Below are positions 8,527 to 17,301 of a stretch of 24,000 nt of DNA, piece by piece; the stretch's first letter is position 1; every line of letters begins with the position of its first letter. Origin of the DNA: Vibrio phage TCU-VP03-AIR1; the sequence record PP712906.1; one strand, given 5' to 3'. A program made the position numbers and the translations under genes. A model generated the notes under the pieces. The model searched no databases and had not been told where the DNA came from. It was given only the letters and a program-made list of their open reading frames with translations.

Positions 8527-8928
8527 ATGACAGAAGTTTACCAAATGTGGGAAAAGAACATCCAACGCCTTGACGAAATGCACAAGAAAATCTACGACAT
8601 GGGTCAACTTGCTGCTGGTGATGAAGGCAAGTATATTTTCAAGACTGAAATGAAGCGTGAACATCTATCACGCGAGATTTCACATGAAATTGACCATAAA
8701 GGTCTAGATCTACACCATCTTATGTACAAAGGTTTGCATGAGACAGCACGTGAATATCAAAGTGCAATCATGATTTTCTGCAAAGAAATGCCTCTTGAAC
8801 AGCGTCGAGAACTGTTTGACAAGATTCGCGCTGTGTTCAATATTGATGCTTACACCGACGAAGCATGGGACGGCGTTCTTAAACGTTTTAAAGATTCACT
8901 GTTAAGCCAAGGTATGATTGAGGAGTAA
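8527..8928 (+). CDS. Hypothetical protein
   Basis: 133 aa ORF in collinear operon. Confidence 0.75.
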   Translation: MTEVYQMWEKNIQRLDEMHKKIYDMGQLAAGDEGKYIFKTEMKREHLSREISHEIDHKGLDLHHLMYKGLHETAREYQSAIMIFCKEMPLEQRRELFDKIRAVFNIDAYTDEAWDGVLKRFKDSLLSQGMIEE

Positions 8929-8931
8929 ATT

Positions 8932-9639
8932 ATGAGCAGCTACAATGTCAAGAAAGCAGAGTGTGAAAAGCGCGGCATTGCATTCAACTTCACAGAAGAA
9001 CAATGGAAAACATTACAAAATATGAAGAACGGTGGTCGTTGTGCGTACACCAACCACCCGTTTAATCCAAGCAGCAAGAAAATGCGTGCTACAGTCGAGC
9101 GAATTGATGAGTCGATGCCGTATGAACCAAAGAATTGTGTTCTTGTGACTCAGCTTGCTAACAACGTAAAGTGTAACTACATCGAGCAGAATCAGCCCGT
9201 GAGTAAAGCAAATGCTGAAGAAGTTCATACATTGAAGCAGATTCAACGTGTTCTTGCTGATGATAAGAAAGTCAAAAGCATCATTCAGACATATATTGAA
9301 CGCTACAAAGGTGAAGTTATTGAAACTCCGATGACTGATCTTGAGATCACCAAGCTATACGTGAAGTACGCAACTGAAGCACAGCGCAAAGGTAAGCACT
9401 TTGAAATCACGATAGGCGACTTCAAACGAACTGTATCGCGTAAACGCTGTCAGGTTAGTAAAGTATTACTGCCGAACATGAAACAGCGCGTAGTGCGCGT
9501 CATAGACGATTCTAAGCCTATTACGTGCGACAACATTCAAGTAACTTCGCGTCAAATCGACGAAATCATGACTGCCATTGAAGAAATGGACATGACACTC
9601 GCGCAAAAACGAGCAATGATGAAATCAATTGGAGCATAA
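8932..9639 (+). CDS. HNH endonuclease-like protein
   Basis: 235 aa; CAYTNHPF...ATVERIDESMPYEPKNCVLVTQLANNVKCN resembles an HNH core (xDRIDxxxGYxxxNxxxVxxxxNxxK). Confidence 0.5.
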   Translation: MSSYNVKKAECEKRGIAFNFTEEQWKTLQNMKNGGRCAYTNHPFNPSSKKMRATVERIDESMPYEPKNCVLVTQLANNVKCNYIEQNQPVSKANAEEVHTLKQIQRVLADDKKVKSIIQTYIERYKGEVIETPMTDLEITKLYVKYATEAQRKGKHFEITIGDFKRTVSRKRCQVSKVLLPNMKQRVVRVIDDSKPITCDNIQVTSRQIDEIMTAIEEMDMTLAQKRAMMKSIGA

Positions 9640-9640
9640 C

Positions 9641-9901
9641 ATGAGCTATTTGTTATCAATGAACAAAGGTTGTTCAACTGTAGTAATGGTTAGTGGTGTA
9701 CCGTTAGTTGTTGTTCACGAGATCGAGTACGTGACGGTTGATAAAAATGGTTATGTAACGGGGTGGACTGACCGCCCTTATTTCGACGAAGACGATAAAA
9801 CGTGGTCGTGTTACGAGCTATATGGTGAACAATGGCATCTTGCAACGATTGCAAATCCAACACTAGAAGCAATTGAAACATTAATTGAGGTATATCCATG
9901 A
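9641..9901 (+). CDS. Hypothetical protein
   Basis: 86 aa from ATG 9641; the extended TTG start at 9629 is less likely. Confidence 0.65.
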   Translation: MSYLLSMNKGCSTVVMVSGVPLVVVHEIEYVTVDKNGYVTGWTDRPYFDEDDKTWSCYELYGEQWHLATIANPTLEAIETLIEVYP

Positions 9902-10266
9902 AAAACGTAATGCAACAACTTGCAGATGAGTATCGTAACTCAGACAAAAATGATCCAGAGTTACACTGTGACATTTTTCTTTTACCCGTTAATGAAGGCG
10001 ATGGGATTGATTCAGAGTACATCAAAGAAACACTTTCTGCGGTATATGCTGAAATTCGTCGATTTACGGGAATGACTCTCACTGAAGCAAGAGAATGGTT
10101 CTCGACACAACAATGTGAAACGTGGTTTGGTGAATCAAAAATCGTAAACGAAAAAGTTTATAAGTCGTTCTACGTGCGATACGATATTCCTGAAGACTTA
10201 TTGAAACCCGTATTCACGTCAGATTGGACACAGGGTCCGTCTGCAACAGTTGAGGAAGCAATTTGA
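9898..10266 (+). CDS. Hypothetical protein
   Basis: 122 aa ORF, ATGA-coupled both sides. Confidence 0.7.
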   Translation: MKNVMQQLADEYRNSDKNDPELHCDIFLLPVNEGDGIDSEYIKETLSAVYAEIRRFTGMTLTEAREWFSTQQCETWFGESKIVNEKVYKSFYVRYDIPEDLLKPVFTSDWTQGPSATVEEAI

Positions 10267-11003
10267 GAATTTTTATTTTTAGTGGTGCTGGACTTGACGC
10301 CGAATCAGGTATCAGCACGTTTCGAGACGCAAATGGTTTGTGGGAAAATCATGATATTATGCAAGTTTGCAATATCAATACATTCCTCAACAACTACGAG
10401 TTGACTCACAAGTTTTACAACCAACGTCGCGTGCAATTGGCAGATGTTCACCCGAACGCAGCACATTACAAAATTGCTGAACTATGCGAAAAATACGACG
10501 TTGACAATTACACTGCGAACGTTTCTGATCTATTAGAGCGTGCGGGGTGTAAAGATGTGAAGCACATTCACGGTGAATTGACCAAGATTGTGCAAGATTA
10601 CACATCAAAAGACAGTACGGTCATTGACATTGGTTACAATGAATATGAACTACGCACTGGTCGACGCGATAAACCGGGTGTTGTATTCTTCAATGAAGGC
10701 GCGCCGATGTACACGCAGCTCTGGGGTGATATTGACACTCTATTGCCAAGCGACATTGCTATCGTTGTTGGTTCAACTCTCGAAATCAACCCAATCCATT
10801 GGGATTTGGCAAAAACGGGTTGTAAATTCATTTTAATTAATCCGACTGGCATTGATACAGAGAAACACACTGAATTGAATGAAGCTATCCGAATGTGTGA
10901 TATTTTCATCAACAAGCCAGCCACTGAGGCATTTGATGAAATTGACAAGCATATTGAAGAACATGTTTCTATTCACTTTCCACATGGCATCCCTTCTGTT
11001 TGA
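10263..11003 (+). CDS. Sir2-family (sirtuin-like) NAD-dependent protein, divergent
   Basis: 246 aa; SGAGLDAESGISTFRDANGLWE, TANVSDLLERAG, HIHGEL, VVGSTLEINP, LINPTG. Confidence 0.85.
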   Translation: MRIFIFSGAGLDAESGISTFRDANGLWENHDIMQVCNINTFLNNYELTHKFYNQRRVQLADVHPNAAHYKIAELCEKYDVDNYTANVSDLLERAGCKDVKHIHGELTKIVQDYTSKDSTVIDIGYNEYELRTGRRDKPGVVFFNEGAPMYTQLWGDIDTLLPSDIAIVVGSTLEINPIHWDLAKTGCKFILINPTGIDTEKHTELNEAIRMCDIFINKPATEAFDEIDKHIEEHVSIHFPHGIPSV

Positions 11004-11166
11004 AGCAATCGGGATTATCATTAGTGCGAGTGGTGCTGCTGTTTCTTTCATATCAGCGTTTTTACTCATTCTAGATAAGTTGTATATTTTAGCAGTATGT
11101 GCGTCTATACTAGGCGCACTGTTAACGTACTGCTATGTGAAATTGAGTGAGGAACATGATGTCTAA
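10984..11166 (+). CDS. Small membrane protein (60 aa)
   Basis: Internal ATG 10984 near the sir2 stop; two hydrophobic segments. The longer track start would overlap sir2 extensively. Confidence 0.55.
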   Translation: MASLLFEAIGIIISASGAAVSFISAFLLILDKLYILAVCASILGALLTYCYVKLSEEHDV

Positions 11167-12952
11167 GCAAGACAATTTTCAAATTTTATCAGACAAACAA
11201 CACGTGCTTAAACGCCCGGGCATGTACATCGGGTCAGTTGATAGAGAAGCACATGAACGTTTTGTTCTAGGCGAATACAAGCAAATCGAATATGTACCGG
11301 GTCTTGTGAAAATCATCAACGAAGTGATTGACAACTCTCTTGACGAGGCGATTCGTACGAAATTCAAATTTGCAAATGTCATCGAAGTCAAGGTCGAAGG
11401 CAATCGAATTACTATTGCAGATAACGGTCGCGGTATTCCGCAAGACAAGGTTATCGACCCGCATGGTAATGAACTTCTTCGACCAGAAGCTGCGTGGACT
11501 CGCACAAAGGCAGGTAGCAACTTTGAAGACGACCGAACAACGGTTGGTATGAACGGGGTTGGTGCTGCATTAACAAACTACTTCAGTCATCAATTCATCG
11601 GTAAGACGTGTGATGGTAAGAACACAGTTACCGTAAGCTGTTCGAACAACGCAGAGCGTATTTTCGTTAGAACTTCGAAAGGTGGCACACAAGGTACGTC
11701 GGTTGAATTCATCCCTGATTTCAATCGTTTTGGTGTCTTCGGTATTTCACCACAAGACGAAGAAATCATCAAAGATCGATTGGCTGCGTTATCAGTGGCA
11801 TTCCCTGAAATCACGTTCAAGTACAACGGTAAGAAGCACGCACCTACGCTGAAGCAATACGCGAAGATGTTCGGGACTGATGTTTCATTTGAGTTTGATA
11901 ACGTCGCGTTGTTTATTGCAGCGTCTGATGAATTTAGACATAATAGTTTCATCAATGGTGTGCATACTATTAATGGCGGTACGCATGTTGATTATTTCTC
12001 GAATAAATTAGCCGATGAGCTAATCCCGATGATTAAGCGCAAGCACAAAATCAACGTGCCGAAGCCACAATTGAAGAACGGATTGACAATTGGTCTGTTT
12101 ATCAGAAACTTTGTTGACCCGAAATTCGATAGTCAGACAAAAGAGCGTCTAACGAGTTCTCAAGGTGATGTGTCGCCATACTTGAAAGACATTTCTTACG
12201 ACAAAATTGCCAAGAAGATTTTAGCTGATGATGACATCATCATGCCAATCATCGAAGCATTGCTTGCAAAGCAACATGCAGCGGAAGCACGCGAGTTGGC
12301 ACGCAAGCAGAAAAAAGCACAGAACGCAAAAGTCGCAGATCACATCAAAGCAACTATGCCTGGTGGTACGTTGTTCTTGACTGAGGGTAAGTCAGCGATT
12401 GGTTATTTGATCAAAGTTCGTGACAGTAAGAAACACGGTGGTATTCCGCTGCGTGGTAAAGTACTGAGCACATGGGGTAAACGCCCTGCTAAGATCATGG
12501 AAAACAAAGAACTGTGCGATATTATGTCAGTTCTGAACATTCAGCTTGGCAACGACGACATTCGAGACATGTATTACCACGACATCGGAATCTTAGTGGA
12601 CGCTGACGTTGATGGTAAAGGTTCGATCTTCCCGTTATTGCTTGCGTTTTTCTATAACTGGCCAGAGTTATACAAACAGAAGCGAATCAAATTCGTTCGT
12701 ACGCCAGTAGTGATTGCGACTAACAAGAAAGAAACTAAATGGTTCTATTCTATTGATGAGTATCGCAAGGCTAAGCTGTCTAAAACGTGGAAGATTCGTT
12801 ACATCAAGGGTTTGGGTTCATTGACTGAAAAAGAATACAAGAAAGTTATTAACGAGCCAGTTTTTGACGAGATTGTAATTGATGACCCATCTTGTTTTGA
12901 ACTACTATTCGGTGACGACACTGATAAACGTAAGGATTGGATGACCCAATGA
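11159..12952 (+). CDS. 39: Type II DNA topoisomerase large subunit (T4 gp39/gp60-like, GyrB/ParE type)
   Basis: GHKL ATPase motifs (EVIDNSLDEAI, IADNGRGIP, GMNGVGAALTNYFS), TOPRIM motifs (TEGKSAIGYL, LVDADVDGKGSIFPLLLAFF). Start ATG 11156 or 11159. Confidence 0.92.
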   Translation: MSKQDNFQILSDKQHVLKRPGMYIGSVDREAHERFVLGEYKQIEYVPGLVKIINEVIDNSLDEAIRTKFKFANVIEVKVEGNRITIADNGRGIPQDKVIDPHGNELLRPEAAWTRTKAGSNFEDDRTTVGMNGVGAALTNYFSHQFIGKTCDGKNTVTVSCSNNAERIFVRTSKGGTQGTSVEFIPDFNRFGVFGISPQDEEIIKDRLAALSVAFPEITFKYNGKKHAPTLKQYAKMFGTDVSFEFDNVALFIAASDEFRHNSFINGVHTINGGTHVDYFSNKLADELIPMIKRKHKINVPKPQLKNGLTIGLFIRNFVDPKFDSQTKERLTSSQGDVSPYLKDISYDKIAKKILADDDIIMPIIEALLAKQHAAEARELARKQKKAQNAKVADHIKATMPGGTLFLTEGKSAIGYLIKVRDSKKHGGIPLRGKVLSTWGKRPAKIMENKELCDIMSVLNIQLGNDDIRDMYYHDIGILVDADVDGKGSIFPLLLAFFYNWPELYKQKRIKFVRTPVVIATNKKETKWFYSIDEYRKAKLSKTWKIRYIKGLGSLTEKEYKKVINEPVFDEIVIDDPSCFELLFGDDTDKRKDWMTQ

Positions 12953-13179
12953 TTACAGCAAAAGAAGCACGAGCACGCAGGAAGAAACTCCCTGCTGCTG
13001 TTGAAAAATCGCTTGAGGAACTGGATTTTGCGGTGCAATGCGCCGCTCAGTCGAAGAACCGTGTCGATTTTCGCACTGACAAACTGACCGAAAGTGAACG
13101 CGATCAACTACGAGCTATATTGATTAGCCTCGGTTATGAAGCGTTTATTGCCGGTGAAAAACTTGAGGTAATGTGGTAA
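12949..13179 (+). CDS. Small hypothetical protein, ARAR...LEVMW family member 1
   Basis: 76 aa: MITAKEARARRKKL...LGYEAFIAGEKLEVMW; ATGA-coupled to the topoisomerase gene. Confidence 0.7.
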   Translation: MITAKEARARRKKLPAAVEKSLEELDFAVQCAAQSKNRVDFRTDKLTESERDQLRAILISLGYEAFIAGEKLEVMW

Positions 13180-13394
13180 TGAGCAATTTTCTTCGAATTC
13201 TAGAAGACATGTGTCGCGACTTTCGCGGCGAACTGAACGAAGCAGCGACTGCCGAGGTTGATTACTACCTCATTCAGATATATGTCGCGTTGCTTTCACT
13301 AGGCTTCGGCGTGCAGATTGCGATTTTCGTTGCATTTTATGCAATTTTTTACATCCCAATGAGTATGATCGGTCGAGTGGTAGGTATTAAATAA
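13179..13394 (+). CDS. Small membrane protein
   Basis: 71 aa from ATG 13179, long hydrophobic segments. Confidence 0.6.
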   Translation: MSNFLRILEDMCRDFRGELNEAATAEVDYYLIQIYVALLSLGFGVQIAIFVAFYAIFYIPMSMIGRVVGIK

Positions 13395-13411
13395 GAGACG
13401 GAGGTGGCACT

Positions 13412-13678
13412 ATGCTAAAGTCTTTTATTGAAATATCACTGAACGAAATGACATACCAAGAGTTGCGTGATCTCACGATCAATGAGATTCACGCGCTCGT
13501 TAAGAAGCTGAAGAAACAGCTTCCGAAGAAGTACAAAGACATTATCGACGAACTAGAACCAGACATGTATGAAGATCTGATTGCAGAAATCGCATATGAT
13601 GGTGGGTTAAAAGGTAAGAAATTTGTCAACTTAAAAATCCCGAAGCGAATCTTAGATAGGTACGCTGACTACTTCTGA
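13412..13678 (+). CDS. Hypothetical protein
   Basis: 88 aa ORF with GGAGGTGG upstream. Confidence 0.7.
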   Translation: MLKSFIEISLNEMTYQELRDLTINEIHALVKKLKKQLPKKYKDIIDELEPDMYEDLIAEIAYDGGLKGKKFVNLKIPKRILDRYADYF

Positions 13679-13688
13679 GAGAAATATT

Positions 13689-14081
13689 ATGTTTGATGCT
13701 GCTAGTATGCGGGCCCGTTATAAGCCGAAACAACCGTCCGACCTTCAGATGCAGAAAATCGAAGAATTTCAAGATTTTTTGTATAACACTCTGCAATCAA
13801 TTGATAAAATAGCTGATACGGAACTTGAGATAAAAGTCGGCGTGAAAGCTGAATTTTATGAATCAGCGGTTGTGCAATTTGAGAAATTAGGTTACAATAT
13901 CAGAGCAGTGAAGAAGACATTCGATATTGAAAATCGAATCAATCCTCACGAGCCGCCAGAAATCGGTTACTTAAAGTACGAAACTCACAGTTTAGCACTT
14001 GCTTATGTGAATCGTATGTTGAGAGAACGCGGTTCTGAACACATGATATTGACGATAATTGATTGGAGACGTAAGGCATGA
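13689..14081 (+). CDS. Hypothetical protein, possibly distant ARAR family member
   Basis: 130 aa: MFDAASMRARYKPK...LGYNIRAVKK...MILTIIDWRRKA. Confidence 0.65.
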   Translation: MFDAASMRARYKPKQPSDLQMQKIEEFQDFLYNTLQSIDKIADTELEIKVGVKAEFYESAVVQFEKLGYNIRAVKKTFDIENRINPHEPPEIGYLKYETHSLALAYVNRMLRERGSEHMILTIIDWRRKA

Positions 14082-14341
14082 TTATGAAAGCCGAAGAAGC
14101 ACGAGCACGCAGCATCAAAGTAATGGAAGAGAAATTCCCAGTTGACGATCTGGAACATCTAGATGAGCGCATTGCACAAGCAACCGACGAAATGCGTTTT
14201 GGTATCAATATTCGAATTCGCGACGAAATGCCAGGTATCAATAGCCACAGTCTGAAACGACTATTGATTGAATATCTGCGTTTGCACAATTACAACGCAT
14301 TTTATGTTGATGACATCTTGGAGATTCGATGGCAAATTTAA
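14078..14341 (+). CDS. Small hypothetical protein, ARAR...LEIRW family member 2
   Basis: 87 aa: MIMKAEEARARSIKVMEEK...YNAFYVDDILEIRWQI; ATGA-coupled. Confidence 0.7.
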   Translation: MIMKAEEARARSIKVMEEKFPVDDLEHLDERIAQATDEMRFGINIRIRDEMPGINSHSLKRLLIEYLRLHNYNAFYVDDILEIRWQI

Positions 14342-15057
14342 AGGTTTATTACTGTAGTGACATTCATAATGATTATCACGACGAAAACGCGCTAGAACGC
14401 ATCACGGGCGACAAAGACGCTGTATTGGTAGTAGCAGGTGACATTAACAGCAAAGGGCGAACAGTGCGCGATTTAGAAGCTGTCGCCGACCGCTGGCGTG
14501 CTGTTATCGCAGTGCCGGGAAATCACGATTGGTGGGGTCTTGCGATTCACGAGCGACACAAATTTGAAACTTCGGTTGACAATGTTCACGTATTGCTTGA
14601 AGATACAGTTCAGATTGACGACGTGACATTCTGCGAGACTACGCTGTGGCACGAAGTCAATGACTGGTTTGAAGGTCAACGCTGGAAAGAAAACATGAAC
14701 GACCGCCGTAAGATTCGCGGTCCTCAATGGCGACCTTTGTATGGTGAAGATGTTCACGCGCTTCATTGCCAATCAGTAAAATTTATCGAGAAATGTCGCG
14801 AGATTGAAGGTAAGAAAGTGTTAATAACACATCACGCCCCGTCTCTGAAGAGCATTTCATCTTACTATGCGTACTCAAGTACGAATAGTTTTTATTGCAC
14901 TGACCTTGAGCATTTGCTTGAAGGGTTCAACTTTGCAATTCACGGTCATGTTCATCAAGAATTTGACTATCACGTAAACGGCTGTAATGTACTGTGTAAC
15001 CCACGTGCATACGGCTCAGAAAACCCAGATTATGGGCTTAGGATTTTCGACATATGA
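14329..15057 (+). CDS. Calcineurin-like metallophosphoesterase
   Basis: 242 aa; SDIHND, VAGDIN, VPGNHDWW, LITHHAPS, HGHVHQEFDY. Confidence 0.88.
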   Translation: MANLKVYYCSDIHNDYHDENALERITGDKDAVLVVAGDINSKGRTVRDLEAVADRWRAVIAVPGNHDWWGLAIHERHKFETSVDNVHVLLEDTVQIDDVTFCETTLWHEVNDWFEGQRWKENMNDRRKIRGPQWRPLYGEDVHALHCQSVKFIEKCREIEGKKVLITHHAPSLKSISSYYAYSSTNSFYCTDLEHLLEGFNFAIHGHVHQEFDYHVNGCNVLCNPRAYGSENPDYGLRIFDI

Positions 15058-15242
15058 CTTTTTTTCTTGGTTACTTACTAATCGGTGCTTTGCTTACTAT
15101 CGCTATCAACCCTCAATTGAGTAAGCACTTTAAGCAAATGGGTGGCGAAAGCATCATTCTTATGAATGTAGCATCGGTAGTACTGTCGCCGTTATTCGTA
15201 GTTATCCTGCTGATTAAAAAACTGTTTGGTAAACTAAAATAA
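15054..15242 (+). CDS. Small membrane protein
   Basis: 62 aa with two hydrophobic segments, ATGA-coupled. Confidence 0.6.
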   Translation: MTFFLGYLLIGALLTIAINPQLSKHFKQMGGESIILMNVASVVLSPLFVVILLIKKLFGKLK

Positions 15243-15287
15243 CGTATTAAATACGTGCGTCTAATAATAACTTAAAAGGTAATACAA

Positions 15288-15533
15288 ATGACGCACGATT
15301 TGAATATGCTTCTTGAGCAGTACAACCTCGCGAATTACGATTGCGACGGTGATTTTGAAGACTATTACTGGTCGGTGGCAGAATGGATTGGTCAGACTGT
15401 CTTTAGTCACGGTACAATTCGTAAACACGATATTCTTGAACTGCTTTGCGATTTACTTGAAATATCTGAAGACCAAATCAACGTAGATGACGTTGACGAT
15501 TTTCTAACCGAAGTTTATGAGGTGATTGAATAA
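15288..15533 (+). CDS. Hypothetical acidic protein
   Basis: 81 aa ORF preceded by AAAAGGTAA. Confidence 0.65.
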   Translation: MTHDLNMLLEQYNLANYDCDGDFEDYYWSVAEWIGQTVFSHGTIRKHDILELLCDLLEISEDQINVDDVDDFLTEVYEVIE

Positions 15534-15555
15534 TGAAGAAAATTCATCGTAAGGA

Positions 15556-15591
15556 GCTGTTTCACTGAGTAATTTAACTCGGAGAAACAGC
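15556..15591 (+). promoter_or_regulatory. Long stem-loop in the ribosome-binding region
   Basis: GCTGTTTC-A-CTGAGT-AATTTA-ACTCGG-A-GAAACAGC: 8 bp plus 6 bp (one G.T) around an A/A mismatch, ending 2 nt before ATG 15594. Confidence 0.7.
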
Positions 15592-15593
15592 AA

Positions 15594-16106
15594 ATGACTG
15601 AAGTCAAAAAATACAAAGGCGTAAAAGAAAACGAACTACCAATCTACAACTCTCGTGAAATGCGCTACAGGTACATTTACAAGGTAGATGAAGGTTCATG
15701 GGTACCAGAGTGGGCTAGAACATATGTTCGTTACGAACGTTTCTGGACGATGCGTCTAGAAGTCGGGTTTTACATTGCCGACGAAGCAAGTCGCAAGCTA
15801 GATCTGATTCGCAAAGCCGAACGTCTGGCATCATACAAAGGTAACTACGTTTTCCGTTACACGCCAGTGCCACATACAGGTGGCTACAAGAACTGGGTAT
15901 CAACCATTCGAGGGAAGGGGTTGATGTCTGAGATCCATCACAATAAGATTTGCAAAGACGAAATTGAGCCAGAATACGGTAATGTCGTACGCAAAAAGCG
16001 TGATAAACTAGTGCGCTGTCTTAGAGATTGGGATGGTCTAGAGTCGTATCATTCACAACAACGCGGTTGGAAACGTTCTAAGAAGCGTAAGCAGTGGATG
16101 AAATAA
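15594..16106 (+). CDS. Hypothetical basic protein
   Basis: 170 aa ORF, followed by a terminator. Confidence 0.75.
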   Translation: MTEVKKYKGVKENELPIYNSREMRYRYIYKVDEGSWVPEWARTYVRYERFWTMRLEVGFYIADEASRKLDLIRKAERLASYKGNYVFRYTPVPHTGGYKNWVSTIRGKGLMSEIHHNKICKDEIEPEYGNVVRKKRDKLVRCLRDWDGLESYHSQQRGWKRSKKRKQWMK

Positions 16107-16111
16107 TGAAG

Positions 16112-16139
16112 AAAAGGGTTGCAATTCGCAGCCCTTTTT
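16112..16139 (+). terminator. Rho-independent terminator
   Basis: AAAAGGGTTGC-AATTC-GCAGCCCTTTTT hairpin. Confidence 0.88.
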
Positions 16140-16175
16140 AGTATCATACAGTAGATTCACCTTGAGAGATATATT

Positions 16176-16772
16176 ATGACTGATAAGAAACAAAAACCAA
16201 CTCTAATTTTTGACGTAGATGGTGTTCTAATTGATTGGGCAAGCCAGCTACCGTTATTCTGCAAACGCTGCGGAATCGACCCTGTTCGTGCGCTGAAGCA
16301 TTTCACAGCGAAAGAACACGTTGACGTACGCGACCTATTCGGCGTTGAACAACGCTCAATTGCATTCGATTTGCTTGAGAAATACAATCTCGAACATGGC
16401 AAATACATGACTGCTTTCCCAGATGCTGTCGAGCACGTACACAAAATCGCCAAAGAGTACAATCTAGTCGCATTGACTAAATTCGGTGACACTACAGATC
16501 ACTGGCTAGTTCGCAAGTTCAATCTTGAGACGTTCTTCCCTGGGTGTTTCAGTGAGTTGATCACAATTCGCGGTGATGAGAGCAAAGTCGGGTATGTTGC
16601 TGCATTACAAGCAGATCATAATGTAGTTGGTTTTATCGACGACCAGCTTGAGAATATTCAAGCAATCGGTCGAGCAACGAATCTGAAAACGATTCATCTA
16701 AACCGCTACGATGAACGCGCTGATGTTCATCACATGTCGAAGCTATTAGACTTTCTTCACGAAAAAGTTTAA
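16176..16772 (+). CDS. HAD-superfamily hydrolase
   Basis: 198 aa; FDVDGVLIDW (motif I), LTKFG, FIDDQLENI (motif IV). Confidence 0.8.
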   Translation: MTDKKQKPTLIFDVDGVLIDWASQLPLFCKRCGIDPVRALKHFTAKEHVDVRDLFGVEQRSIAFDLLEKYNLEHGKYMTAFPDAVEHVHKIAKEYNLVALTKFGDTTDHWLVRKFNLETFFPGCFSELITIRGDESKVGYVAALQADHNVVGFIDDQLENIQAIGRATNLKTIHLNRYDERADVHHMSKLLDFLHEKV

Positions 16773-16796
16773 TACAGCAATAACTCATCGTATAAT
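16768..16796 (+). promoter_or_regulatory. Putative sigma70-like promoter
   Basis: TTTAAT, 17 nt, TATAAT; immediately followed by a terminator-like hairpin. Confidence 0.35.
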
Positions 16797-16797
16797 A

Positions 16798-16819
16798 AAG
16801 CTCCGTTTGGGGCTTTTTT
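16798..16819 (+). terminator. Rho-independent terminator
   Basis: AAGCTCC-GTTT-GGGGCTT followed by a T tract. Confidence 0.85.
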
Positions 16820-16829
16820 GGATTCGAAG

Positions 16830-17129
16830 ATGATTAAACGAGCTTATATTATTCACGCAGATAGCGCACTTGCAAAACGCGCAGTCGCGCTTGACAAACG
16901 AGAAGCAAAAGGTAAACCGTTCTTCACTAGTAAAGAAGAGTGGGAAGCTGAACTGCAAACGGATTGGCAAGAATGGAACAAGGAAGCATGTGATTACATC
17001 GTTCACATATACGGCGATCATATCGCTGGGAAAACATTCTTAGTTACAATTCAAGACGGCAACGTATATTTTGAGGAAAATGATGTTTGCTATACTAATG
17101 AAAAGCAACCAAGAAGTGGCGATTATTGA
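16830..17129 (+). CDS. Hypothetical protein
   Basis: 99 aa from ATG 16830; the upstream TTG 16818 abuts the terminator T tract. Confidence 0.6.
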   Translation: MIKRAYIIHADSALAKRAVALDKREAKGKPFFTSKEEWEAELQTDWQEWNKEACDYIVHIYGDHIAGKTFLVTIQDGNVYFEENDVCYTNEKQPRSGDY

Positions 17130-17301
17130 TCTCGGTGATGTTACAATGCCTGCATTGTACATGAAAGAAGATGACGCGCTTCGAGTGTTGTACAAAAATG
17201 ATTTACACGACCGTTGCTTTGTTGCACGTGTTCGTCCTGAAATTTATATAGAGGGTCCAGATGATTCTACCGATTCTAAACAAACTAGCAGCAACGACTA
17301 A
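17083..17301 (+). CDS. Hypothetical protein
   Basis: About 72 aa from ATG 17083 (or 17080), overlapping both neighbours. Confidence 0.55.
   Translation: MFAILMKSNQEVAIIDLGDVTMPALYMKEDDALRVLYKNDLHDRCFVARVRPEIYIEGPDDSTDSKQTSSND

Noticed and set aside
8286-8573. 95-aa plus-strand ORF overlapping 8195-8524 and 8527-8928
   Set aside because: Out of frame with two collinear ORFs that have better starts and protein-like composition.
11590-11955. 121-aa minus-strand ORF inside the topoisomerase gene (and others at 11179-11520, 12799-13107)
   Set aside because: Fully antisense to strongly recognisable protein-coding sequence; no initiation region or family signature. Same logic for minus ORFs at 1457, 2817, 9690, 17899, 18199, 18368 and 23623.
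16107-16142. Tiny ORF MKKRVAIRSPF in the terminator
   Set aside because: Only 11 codons and entirely overlaps a strong terminator hairpin.
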